Assembly (NCBI GenBank): GCA_958295685.2
Contig: OY282365.1
Coordinates: forward strand, 633,207 to 697,206
Origin: an uncultured Dehalococcoidia bacterium
GTDB lineage: Bacteria > Chloroflexota > Dehalococcoidia > Lucifugimonadales > CATQGZ01
Direction of reading: 5' to 3'
DNA length: 64,000 nucleotides
Every line of letters begins with the position of its first letter. The first letter of the stretch is position 1. The notes below the pieces were generated by a model. That model was not told the origin of the DNA. It saw nothing but the letters and a program-made list of their open reading frames with translations, and made no database searches. The translations under genes and the position numbers were made by a program. Shown here piece after piece: positions 33,867-42,555 of this stretch.

Positions 33867-35135
33867 CTATATCTCCTTGCCCAGGGTGGCCAGGAACTCT
33901 TGGTTGTTCTTCGTCTTGGCCATGCGCTCGACGACCTTTTCGGTGGCCTCCGTGGAGTGCATGGAGTCCGACGTGACCATGTTCACCATGCGCCTGAGCA
34001 GCCAGACCTTCTTGAGGGCGACCTCGCTGAGGAGCAGCTCTTCGCGTCTGGTGCTGCTGCGGTCGATGTCTATGGCGGGGTAGACGCGCCGCTCTGCGAG
34101 CTTGCGGTCCAGGTGGACCTCCATGTTGCCGGTGCCCTTGAATTCTTCGTAGATCACGTCGTCCATGCGGCTGCCGGTGTCCACGAGGCAGGCCGCCAGG
34201 ATGGTGAGGCTGCCTCCGTCCTCGATGTTGCGCGCGGCGCCGAAGAACTTCTTAGGGGGATAGAGGGCGACGGGGTCGATGCCTCCGGACAGGGTTCTGC
34301 CGCTGGTGGGGACCGCCAGGTTATAGGCCCGTGTGAGTCTGGTTATGCTGTCAAGGAGGATGACGACGTCGCGGCCGGTCTCGACCATGCGCTTGGCACG
34401 CTCCAGGACGAGCTCGGCGACCCTGCAGTGATCCTCGACGGGCTCGTCGAACGTGGAGCTGTAGACCTCGCCCTTGATGGAGCGCCTCATGTCGGTGACC
34501 TCTTCGGGCCTTTCCCCTATGAGCGCGACCAGTATGCATATGTCGGGGCTGTTCGTGGCGACGCCGTGGGCGACGTCTTTGAGGAGTGTCGTCTTGCCGG
34601 CCTTGGGCGGGGAGACTATGAGACCGCGCTGACCTCTGCCGACGGGCGCGAGGATGTCCATGAGTCTCGCCGACAGCATGGTCTTGGTCGTCTCGAGAAT
34701 GATCTGGTCGGTTGGGAAGACGGGGGTCAGCTTGTCGAAGTGGGGCCGCCTGCGGGACATGTCGGGCTGGACCTGGTTGACCGTCTCGACGCGGACGAGG
34801 CCGAAGTATCTTTCGCCCTCTTTCGGAGGTCTGACCTGGCCCATGACCTCGTCTCCGGATCTGAGTCCGAAGCGCCGTATCTGGGATTGTGATACGTAGA
34901 CGTCCCCGCCTCCCGAGTCGTTTCCGTCTTGTCTCAGGAATCCGTATCCTTCGTTGACGATTGCCAGTATGCCGCTGCTGGTCAGGCTGCCGTAGTGGTC
35001 TACGAGCGACCGGAACATCTTGGCCATCAGTTCCTGGCGCCGGGGCGTCGATCCGTTACCGGGGATGACCCCGAGCTTTACGGCCATCTCCGTGAGCTCT
35101 TCGTTGCTCTTGCTCTGTATCTCGGCTAAGTCCAT
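33867..35135 (-). CDS. rho: Transcription termination factor Rho
   Basis: [53 protein letters not shown]. Confidence 0.98.
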   Translation of the reverse strand: MDLAEIQSKSNEELTEMAVKLGVIPGNGSTPRRQELMAKMFRSLVDHYGSLTSSGILAIVNEGYGFLRQDGNDSGGGDVYVSQSQIRRFGLRSGDEVMGQVRPPKEGERYFGLVRVETVNQVQPDMSRRRPHFDKLTPVFPTDQIILETTKTMLSARLMDILAPVGRGQRGLIVSPPKAGKTTLLKDVAHGVATNSPDICILVALIGERPEEVTDMRRSIKGEVYSSTFDEPVEDHCRVAELVLERAKRMVETGRDVVILLDSITRLTRAYNLAVPTSGRTLSGGIDPVALYPPKKFFGAARNIEDGGSLTILAACLVDTGSRMDDVIYEEFKGTGNMEVHLDRKLAERRVYPAIDIDRSSTRREELLLSEVALKKVWLLRRMVNMVTSDSMHSTEATEKVVERMAKTKNNQEFLATLGKEI

Positions 35136-35434
35136 TTGCTACTCCGAAGCGGTGAAGGCGGGTACGTCACGATTGGGATGCAGGGACACACGCTGGCTGC
35201 GTCCGGCCGAGCAGGAACGTCCGGCTGGCGGGGGGAGTCTCATGGCTGAGGCTGCGGTCTCTCTGTCGCGCGTCCACCTAGAGGGCTTCGGCCGGCGGGT
35301 CAGCAACGAATGCGCAACTCATTCCGAACCTGTTGGGTGAGGTATCGGTGTCCGACAGAGCCGTCGTCGGGTTTGCCGGACTGCGTAAAGGGGATTGACG
35401 CTCAAAGCTTAGCACACGTCCGAGTGCAAGTCTA
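35136..35434 (-). promoter_or_regulatory. rho promoter and ~265-nt 5' leader
   Basis: TAGACT(35429-35434)-17-TAAGCT(35406-35411) with TG extension; no credible ORF before rho. Confidence 0.55.
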
Positions 35435-35481
35435 TACCAGCTTGGGCCGGTGGCCAGTGGTCGAATGCCTCCTCCCCCTCC

Positions 35482-35507
35482 GGATACCGGCCTGCGCCGG
35501 TATGACG
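35482..35507. repeat. CGTC-type REP half (GGATACCGGC-CTGC-GCCGGTATGACG)
   Basis: Palindrome with CGTCAT foot typical of RAYT-associated REPs. Confidence 0.7.
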
Positions 35508-35634
35508 GCGGCTGCGGGATAACGAGAGTCTTCATAGACTTACCTGCCCGGCGGGGGAGGTGGATTCGAGCCCCCTGTCGGTTAGGGCCAGCAAGCATAT
35601 GGGAGCACCCACTTGCAGGGGGCCGGGCCGGTTT

Positions 35635-35898
35635 TTGCTGAAAACTGCCCCAAACTGTTCCATTTTGTCCCATCTCGTAGCTGAGGGTTCGATTTCGTGG
35701 TACAAATGTGGGGCACTTGTGGAACAGGTCTGGAACGGGACCGGTACAGTTCCGGGACAATTGTGGGACAGGTCCCGGGGGTGAGGGCGCCCCTTGTGTG
35801 CCCTTACGGGCCGGTTGGTTCCGTGCACGTGGTTCGGCATGATCATGGCTGCGTTCCTTCCATGCGAATATCCTAGTACATGGGTTCGCGGCTGTCAA
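35635..35898 (-). repeat. LexA-box promoter / phased-repeat cassette copy 4 (class A), interrupted by a RAYT/REP fragment
   Basis: TTGACA(35893-35898)-17-TAGGAT, GAAC-CCAT-GTAC, ATG 35863, core 35676-35685; insert encodes IMPNHVHG plus a REP-like palindrome. Confidence 0.83.
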
Positions 35899-35991
35899 GG
35901 GCCGGGGGGAGTGGGGAGTGGAGAGTGGGAGTGCTCCTCAGATCCCCTACCAGAGGGGAGAACGTGGCGAGTGGTCAGTGCTCCTCAGATT

Positions 35992-36024
35992 CGGGTCCGC
36001 TGTCAAGATTTGACAGCGGACCCG
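35992..36024. promoter_or_regulatory. Perfect 15-bp inverted repeat containing back-to-back TTGACA
   Basis: CGGGTCCGCTGTCAA-GAT-TTGACAGCGGACCCG upstream of the yihY-family gene. Confidence 0.6.
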
Positions 36025-36088
36025 TGATTCAATAATGTGATATGACGGTTTCGAGGCTTCCTGAACCTGATGAGGGCGGGTCTGCGGG

Positions 36089-36994
36089 TTGTATCTAGTC
36101 AGGCTTGTGCTTTTCTGCACGGACGCGGTGAACGACTTCCTCGGGAAGAACTGTTCTCACGCGGCGGGGGCGATTGCCTTCTACACGCTCTTCTCGTTCT
36201 TTCCTCTTGTGCTGGCGATAATCTCGGTCGCCGCTTTCCTGCGGGCTTCCGACGCCGACCAGGCCGAGCTCACTCGGCAGGTCGCTCAGGTCATCCCCAT
36301 CGAGACTCGCTACGTGAGCGACCGTATAGAGGACGTGGTGAGCGCCAGGGGGCCGCTGGGGTTGGTCGGCGTGATCGGCCTGTTGTGGGCGTCCAGCGCG
36401 GCTTTCGGGGCCATCAGGAAGGGAATCAACTCGGCCTGGGGAATACGGAAGACGAGGCCGTTTCTCAAGGAGAGGCTGATAGACTTCGCCTTGGTCATAG
36501 GAGCCGGCTTCACGATAGTCCTGGTCATGTTCGCAACACCGATACTCGCGCTCCTCCGCGAGTTGGTCGATTCGGTCGCGCCCGATCTGGCGAGCAGCGT
36601 CTTGTGGACGCTGGTCGCCCAATCGATCTCGCCCATCCTTTCATTCCTGCTGTTCCTGCTCATGTACCGCTTCCTGCCGAACACACGGATCCGGATCAGC
36701 GACGTGTGGCTGGGAGCGCTGGCAGCCTCCCTGGCGTTCGAAGGGGCGAAGTGGGGCTTCGTTTGGTACGTGAACACCTTCCCCGTGCATAACATAGTCT
36801 ACGGGTCGATCGGGGCCATAATGGCTCTGTTGACCTGGGTGTACGTGTCTGCTATCATTTTGTTGTTCGGGGCCCACCTCACGTCCCGATATGCATCGTT
36901 CCCGACGAGGATACGTGAGGAGCAGGGTCTCAGACTCGTACTGACTGGACTCTCACGTGTTAGGCTTCGGGTTGTGGCAACGCCGGCAGGCTAA
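36089..36994 (+). CDS. YihY/BrkB family membrane protein
   Basis: AGAIAFYTLFSFFPL, LLWASS, YRFLPN, YGSIGAIMALLTWVY. Confidence 0.92.
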   Translation: MYLVRLVLFCTDAVNDFLGKNCSHAAGAIAFYTLFSFFPLVLAIISVAAFLRASDADQAELTRQVAQVIPIETRYVSDRIEDVVSARGPLGLVGVIGLLWASSAAFGAIRKGINSAWGIRKTRPFLKERLIDFALVIGAGFTIVLVMFATPILALLRELVDSVAPDLASSVLWTLVAQSISPILSFLLFLLMYRFLPNTRIRISDVWLGALAASLAFEGAKWGFVWYVNTFPVHNIVYGSIGAIMALLTWVYVSAIILLFGAHLTSRYASFPTRIREEQGLRLVLTGLSRVRLRVVATPAG

Positions 36995-38123
36995 GAAGAG
37001 AAACCTCCTCCCCGCGCTCGTTTCATGCGCGCTGCTGTTCTCCGCCGCGGCGCTCGCGTGCGGGGGGTCCGAGGATCCACTCAGCGGCGCGATCGTCGAG
37101 CCGGTCGAGCGGCCCACGGTTCCAGCGTTCCCCACAGAGGCGGTACCCACCCCTACCGAGGTTCCACCGCTCTCGGTCCGCACAGGGCTTGGGGAGCTTC
37201 CTTCGCTCGCCAGTCTGGTCAAGGGCGTGAGTCCGTCAGTCGCATCCATCGCCGTCGAGTCGGTGGCGCGGGGCCTCTTCTTCGACTTTACCGGCGAAGG
37301 GGCAGGCACGGGGATAGTGGTCCGCCCGGACGGGTACATCGTCACGAACAGCCACGTCGTGGATGCGGCCGACAGCATCGTGGTCAGTCTATCGAACGGG
37401 GATTCGTATCCTGCGGAGGTGGTCGGGACCGACACGCTGACCGACTTGGCCGTGATCAAGATCGACGCCGATGGGCTAACCCCCGCGGCCTTCGGCAACT
37501 CGGACGCGCTCCAGGTCGGAGACTGGGTGCTGGCGCTGGGAAACGCTCTTGCGTTGAAGGGCGGGCCGTCGGTTACTCTGGGCATAGTGAGCGCACGGGG
37601 CCGCACGGTGGAGACGGATGGGCCCGAGGATCTCTACGACATGATCCAGACGGACGCCGCAATCAACGACGGCAACAGCGGCGGGCCGCTGGTGAGCCTG
37701 AACGGAGAGGTCATCGGGGTCAACACCGCGATCATGCGTCAGGCGCAGGGGATCGGGTTCACGGTCAGTTCCAACGTCGCCGTGCCCATCATAGAGAGCC
37801 TGATCGAGCACAGGCGCGTGGTGCGTCCGCTGATAGGTCTGGGAGGCCGCGACGTTACGCCCGCCCTGGCCAGCAGACACAACCTCAGGGTGAGCCAGGG
37901 ATACATAGTGACCAGCATGTCCAGAAACGGACCTGCCTATCAGGCCGGCATCCGCCCCGGCGACGTCATCACCGCGCTGGACGGCCAGGCAACCCCGGAC
38001 GCGGCGTCGTTCCTGACCATGCTCTGGAGCTACGAGGTGGGGGACGAGGTGGAGGTCGAGTACGTGACGGGCGACGATACCCGGACTGCGACGGTGGAAC
38101 TCATCGAGAGGCCGGCGCAGTAG
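36957..38123 (+). CDS. HtrA/DegP serine protease with PDZ domain (probable lipoprotein; start uncertain)
   Basis: GTG, YIVTNSHVV, TDLAVIKI, IQTDAAINDGNSGGPL, C-terminal PDZ; ALAC lipobox. Confidence 0.92.
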   Translation: MLGFGLWQRRQAKKRNLLPALVSCALLFSAAALACGGSEDPLSGAIVEPVERPTVPAFPTEAVPTPTEVPPLSVRTGLGELPSLASLVKGVSPSVASIAVESVARGLFFDFTGEGAGTGIVVRPDGYIVTNSHVVDAADSIVVSLSNGDSYPAEVVGTDTLTDLAVIKIDADGLTPAAFGNSDALQVGDWVLALGNALALKGGPSVTLGIVSARGRTVETDGPEDLYDMIQTDAAINDGNSGGPLVSLNGEVIGVNTAIMRQAQGIGFTVSSNVAVPIIESLIEHRRVVRPLIGLGGRDVTPALASRHNLRVSQGYIVTSMSRNGPAYQAGIRPGDVITALDGQATPDAASFLTMLWSYEVGDEVEVEYVTGDDTRTATVELIERPAQ

Positions 38124-38201
38124 CCAGGCTCATACGGGGAGGAAGACCTCCTTCTCACAGGAGTCATGGCCGTCCCGGAGAAGCCCGAAAGTGTGGCGCG
38201 G

Positions 38202-38933
38202 TCACTGCCGGGTTCGGGGCCTCTCGCCGACCAGGATGGCCACGGAGCCGAGGGCCCTCTTCCGCACGTCTATTATCTTCAGGCCTGCCTCCTCCATCAT
38301 CGCACCCACTTCTTCCGCGCTGTGGAACTTTTCTACCGACTCGGGCAGATACGTGTATGCGGCCCTGTCACCCGCCAGGGCCGTTCCCAGCAGCGGCGTG
38401 ACTCTGCGGAAGTAGACGGGGAAGACCAGGCTGAGCGGAGAGCGTCCCGTCAGACGCACTATCTCCAGGGCTGCAACGCGCCCGCCCGGTCTGACGACTC
38501 GGGCCATCTCCCTGAGAGCTCGTCCGACGTCGGCGAAGTTGCGTATGCCGAATCCGACCGTGGCCGCTGCGAAGTGGTCGTCGGGGAACGGCAGGTGGTG
38601 GGCGTCGCCTAGGACGAGCGAGACCGACCGCGTCAGGCCGCCGCGCCGGAGCTTGGACCATGCCCTGTCGAGCATGGCGTCCGTGGAGTCGAGTCCGACC
38701 ACGTGTGAGACAGAGGGCCTGAGAGCGAGCGAGATGGCGAAGTCGCCCGTGCCGGCGGCCACGTCCAGGGCGGCGCCCTCCAAGCCGTCGGTGGCGAGCC
38801 GGGAAGCCGTGCGGCGCCAGGCGTGGTGGCGGCCGCCGGACATCACCGTGTTCAGCAGGTCGTATCGGGCGGATATTCGTCCGAACATCCTGCTGACGTA
38901 GCGCGTTCGCTCGCTGCCGTGAAGGTGTGCCAG
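38202..38933 (-). CDS. menG: Demethylmenaquinone methyltransferase (UbiE/MenG)
   Basis: MFGRISARYDLLN, LDVAAGTGD, GFGIRN, AYTYLPES; probable CTG start 38933 after GGAGG (ATG alternative 38888). Confidence 0.9.
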   Translation of the reverse strand: MAHLHGSERTRYVSRMFGRISARYDLLNTVMSGGRHHAWRRTASRLATDGLEGAALDVAAGTGDFAISLALRPSVSHVVGLDSTDAMLDRAWSKLRRGGLTRSVSLVLGDAHHLPFPDDHFAAATVGFGIRNFADVGRALREMARVVRPGGRVAALEIVRLTGRSPLSLVFPVYFRRVTPLLGTALAGDRAAYTYLPESVEKFHSAEEVGAMMEEAGLKIIDVRKRALGSVAILVGERPRTRQ

Positions 38934-38945
38934 AGCCTGCCTCCG

Positions 38946-40511
38946 CTAACGGTTCCGCAGGGCGCGGACCGAGCGCGGGATCTCGGGGAGCAGATCGCCG
39001 GCCACCATGCCCGTCTCTCCCAGATTCCGGCGGACCATCTCACCCGCGGCGCCGTGGAGATACACTCCCAGCGGGGCGGCGGATTCCATCGGGAGGCCCT
39101 GGGAGAGCAGCCCCACGATGACCCCTGCCAGCACGTCGCCCGTTCCGGCGGTGGCCAGCCCCGGGTTCGCGAACGGGCTGAGGTGGATTCCCCCGTCCGG
39201 CGACGCGACTGCGGTGTGCGCTCCTTTCAGGACGACGACCTTGTTCCACTCGCGGGCGGAGCTTCCGACGGCGTCTATCCTGTCGCACGGCCGTATCTGG
39301 CGGCCGCCCATGAGCCTGGACATCTCCCCCAAGTGCGGGGTCAGGACAGCCCGGCGTCGGAAGAGCCTCGGCCAGGGCGAATCTCCGCTCCGGATGAGTG
39401 AGAGGACGTTGAGTCCGTCGGCGTCCACCACGGTGGGGGGCAGGTCTCCCTCGGAGTAGAGGATGGCCTCTACCAGTCGGCGCACTGCGAGAGAGCGGCC
39501 GAGGCCGCACCCGACGAGGAGGGCGTCGTATCCGGCGACGGCCTGAAGCAGCAGAGGAGCGGCATCCGGCGATACGACGCCGGGCTCCGATTCCGGGAGC
39601 GGCAGATAGGTCGGCTCCGGCGCGGCCGCTGCTAGTGGGGAGCGCAAGGCTTCCGGCACCGCCAGCGTCACCAGCCCCGCCCCTGCCCGGTAGGCGCCCA
39701 TGGCGGCCAGGTGAGCGGCGCCGACGTAGCTCCGCGAGCCTGCGACTACCAGTGTTCGACCGAAGGCGCCCTTGTGCGCGTCCGGTGGCCTGTGTGGAAG
39801 GAGGCCCCTTGCCCAGGTCTCCGTCATCATCTCCACGTCCACGTCGTCCGCCACTCCTTCGGGCAGGCCGATGTCGGCGACGTCCACCTCACCGGCGAAC
39901 GCGGCGGCGGACGGGGTGAGCAGTCCTGTTTTTGGGAAGCCGAGCGCCACGGTCAGGTCTGCCGCGACGCAGGCGGCATCTGCTGCGCCGGAATCGGCAT
40001 CGAGTCCTGTGGGAACATCCACGGCGACCAGCCTCATCTCCGGGCGCCCGGCTCTGGCCGACGTGAGCCTGCGCAGAATGGCCTCGAGGCCGCCTGCGAT
40101 TGGGCGCGACCGTCCGGCGCCGAGTACGGCGTCCACCACCACGCCGGCCGAGTCGAGAAGTCGGTCGAGGGCGGCCATGTCCTGGTCATCGTCGGCGCGC
40201 AGGACGGCGACGCCCGCTCCGGCAGCCGCGGCCATCTGCGGGTCGGGCAGCCGGCGTGGGACGCACACGTAGGCAGAGACTCTGTGTCCGCTGTCGGACA
40301 GGCGCTTCGCCGCCACCAGACCGTCGCCGCCGTTATTGCCCCGACCGACCAGGACGACCACCGTTCCGCCGCCGACGGGAATGCCTTCGACTCGGCGCGC
40401 CACCTCCTCACCCGCGCACGCCATCAGATCGGCGGTGGAGACGCCCGCCTCTTCGGAGCGTTCTTCGATCAGGCGCATCTGCCTGGACGTGACCACCTTG
40501 ACGGACGACAT
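38946..40511 (-). CDS. nnr: Bifunctional NAD(P)H-hydrate epimerase/dehydratase (YjeF)
   Basis: GRGNNGGDG, AVDVPTG, HKGAFG, DADGLN, TPHLGE, ATAGTGDVLAG. Confidence 0.95.
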   Translation of the reverse strand: MSSVKVVTSRQMRLIEERSEEAGVSTADLMACAGEEVARRVEGIPVGGGTVVVLVGRGNNGGDGLVAAKRLSDSGHRVSAYVCVPRRLPDPQMAAAAGAGVAVLRADDDQDMAALDRLLDSAGVVVDAVLGAGRSRPIAGGLEAILRRLTSARAGRPEMRLVAVDVPTGLDADSGAADAACVAADLTVALGFPKTGLLTPSAAAFAGEVDVADIGLPEGVADDVDVEMMTETWARGLLPHRPPDAHKGAFGRTLVVAGSRSYVGAAHLAAMGAYRAGAGLVTLAVPEALRSPLAAAAPEPTYLPLPESEPGVVSPDAAPLLLQAVAGYDALLVGCGLGRSLAVRRLVEAILYSEGDLPPTVVDADGLNVLSLIRSGDSPWPRLFRRRAVLTPHLGEMSRLMGGRQIRPCDRIDAVGSSAREWNKVVVLKGAHTAVASPDGGIHLSPFANPGLATAGTGDVLAGVIVGLLSQGLPMESAAPLGVYLHGAAGEMVRRNLGETGMVAGDLLPEIPRSVRALRNR

Positions 40512-40517
40512 CCGGCG

Positions 40518-40892
40518 TCACACGTCCCGTCGTATTTCGCCGACGACCGAGGCCACGGCGAAGTCGCGCGAGTGGGACAGGGAGACCGCCAGGCTGTGGA
40601 TGCCCAGGTCCTCCGCTTTCTTCAGGGCTCGTCCGTGCAGTCGCAGCGAGGGAGGGCCGCCGGGTGGGCGGACGACCTCTATCTCTCGCCAGCTCACGCC
40701 CCTGGCGCCTGTTCCCAGAGCCTTCATGACCGCTTCCTTGGCCGCGAAGCGGCTGGCGAGCTGCGGCGGGCGGCCACGGCAGTAGGCCACCTCGCCCGGC
40801 GTGTATATCCTCTTGAGGAACCGCTCGCCGTGGCGCTCGGCCACGTCCTTGACTCTGACAATTTCGATGATGTCGACCCCTGTGACCAGCAT
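40518..40892 (-). CDS. acpS: Holo-[acyl-carrier-protein] synthase
   Basis: GVDIIE, RFAAKEAVMKALGTG, SLSHS. Confidence 0.96.
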   Translation of the reverse strand: MLVTGVDIIEIVRVKDVAERHGERFLKRIYTPGEVAYCRGRPPQLASRFAAKEAVMKALGTGARGVSWREIEVVRPPGGPPSLRLHGRALKKAEDLGIHSLAVSLSHSRDFAVASVVGEIRRDV

Positions 40893-40968
40893 CAGGAATA
40901 CTCCAGGCTCGGCGGGTCGGCGGCAGGCGGAGCCTGCGAGAAAGACGGGTCCGGCAGACGGAGAGCCG

Positions 40969-41838
40969 TCAGAGGCCCGCCCTCTCCAGCACCGCCGGTA
41001 TGAGCGAATCCCAGCCGATGGGCATTACGTGGACTCCCCTGCACATCGGCTTGATCTCCCGAATCACGCGCCCCGCTATCTCCACGCTGGCCTCGCGCCG
41101 GTCGTCGGCCCGGTCGAGCTCTTCGATAATTCGGCGGGGGACGGAAACTCCTGGCAGATTCTCGTCAAAGTTCCTCGCCATGCGGGCGGACTTGAGCATG
41201 ATGAAGCCTGAGAGGATTGGGGTGTCGTACTGCTCGACCGCCCTCATGAACCGCTCCATGGCTGCGGGGTCGTAGACGGCCTGAGTCTGGAAGAAGGCCG
41301 CGCCGGCCTCCAGCTTGTCCTCGAACCTTCGGAGTTCCTTGTCGAGGTCGTCGGCGCCCGGGTTCGCCACCGCGCCCGCGCAGAACGACGGTGCGCGGTT
41401 CAGGTCGCTGCCGCCGAGGTCTTTCCCCGCGCCCAGCGACGCGATGGCCCTGAGCAGTCCGACGGCGTCCAGGTCGAACACAGGCTTGGCGTCCGGGTGG
41501 TCGCCCGCGCCTGGAGGGTCGCCGCTCATGCACAGTACGTTGGCCGCGCCGAGCGCATAGGCCGCGAGCAGGTCTCCCTGAAGCGCTATCCGGTTCTTGT
41601 CGCGGCACGTCATCTGTAGTATGGACTCTATTCCCCTGTCCGCGAGCGCGTGGGCCACGGCGGCAGGCGACATCGCCATTCTGGAGCTGTGGGAGTCGGT
41701 GAGGTTGAAGGCGTCGACCGTGCCTTTCAGGGAGTCGGCCTTCTGGATCAGCGGGCCGAGGTCGACACCCTTGGGCGGATTCAGCTCCGCAGTGACCAGG
41801 AACTTGCCGGATTGCAGGGCTTCAGAGAACACGCGCAT
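40969..41838 (-). CDS. metF: Methylenetetrahydrofolate reductase family protein
   Basis: TAELNPPKG, NLTD, QMTCRDKNRIALQ, NVLCMSGDP, FFQTQAVYD, GVHVM. Confidence 0.85.
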   Translation of the reverse strand: MRVFSEALQSGKFLVTAELNPPKGVDLGPLIQKADSLKGTVDAFNLTDSHSSRMAMSPAAVAHALADRGIESILQMTCRDKNRIALQGDLLAAYALGAANVLCMSGDPPGAGDHPDAKPVFDLDAVGLLRAIASLGAGKDLGGSDLNRAPSFCAGAVANPGADDLDKELRRFEDKLEAGAAFFQTQAVYDPAAMERFMRAVEQYDTPILSGFIMLKSARMARNFDENLPGVSVPRRIIEELDRADDRREASVEIAGRVIREIKPMCRGVHVMPIGWDSLIPAVLERAGL

Positions 41839-41920
41839 CTCCTCTCCGGGCGGCCGTGTTGGGTGTCCGGCCGACATTATAGTCGGCGGCCTCCCGCAAA
41901 GGAAGCCGCTGCCGTGTCAA

Positions 41921-41960
41921 GGGGATCCCCCTTCGGACCTCACAGAGTCTGAACAGTTAC
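41921..41960. mobile_element. Isolated MITE end
   Basis: CCCCCTTCGGACCTCACAGAGTCTGAACAGTTAC, matching 12443-12476 and 24759-24798 (reverse). Confidence 0.75.
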
Positions 41961-42052
41961 GAGCCTTGCTATCGTATTGAGGCCTCCCGCCCAAAGATGT
42001 ATGGTTGTCAGTCCAGCCGACCGGTACAACCAATCAGCCTCCGGGGAGTGTC

Positions 42053-42469
42053 ATGGCAAAGCTCAAGCACATAGCGATCGCGACGCAGGACCCCGATTCG
42101 GTGTCCGAGTTCTACAAGACGGTCTTCGATCTGGATGAGGTGGGGAGGGTGGACAGCGACAATGCCGAGGGATACTACCTGACCGACGGGAACGTCAACG
42201 TCGCTATTCTTCGCTTCAAGAGCGAGGTGGTGGCCGGAGAGTTGGGCGCGGGCTATTCGGGCATCCATCACATCGGCTTCCAGGTGGAGGACGCCGCGGC
42301 GACCGACCTGGCGCTCAGGAAGGCCAACGCGCCCCCGAAGGATGAGATCAACAAGACGCTGAACTCGGCGATGGGAGGGGGGCACGGCGGCCGGAACGTC
42401 GAGACGAAGTACTCGGGGCCGGACGGCGTGATGATCGACATCTCTCAGGGCGGCTGGGTGGGCGCCTAG
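42053..42469 (+). CDS. VOC/glyoxalase family protein
   Basis: KLKHIAI, YLTDGNVNVAIL, GIHHIGFQVED, GPDGVMIDIS. Confidence 0.88.
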   Translation: MAKLKHIAIATQDPDSVSEFYKTVFDLDEVGRVDSDNAEGYYLTDGNVNVAILRFKSEVVAGELGAGYSGIHHIGFQVEDAAATDLALRKANAPPKDEINKTLNSAMGGGHGGRNVETKYSGPDGVMIDISQGGWVGA

Positions 42470-42555
42470 GGGCGGCCGCCGTCGTCGAACAGCCGAGGGC
42501 CCCGTTCTCGGACGAGCGGGCGGGCTTTCGTCCATCCCGGAACCTTGGTCTCGGT

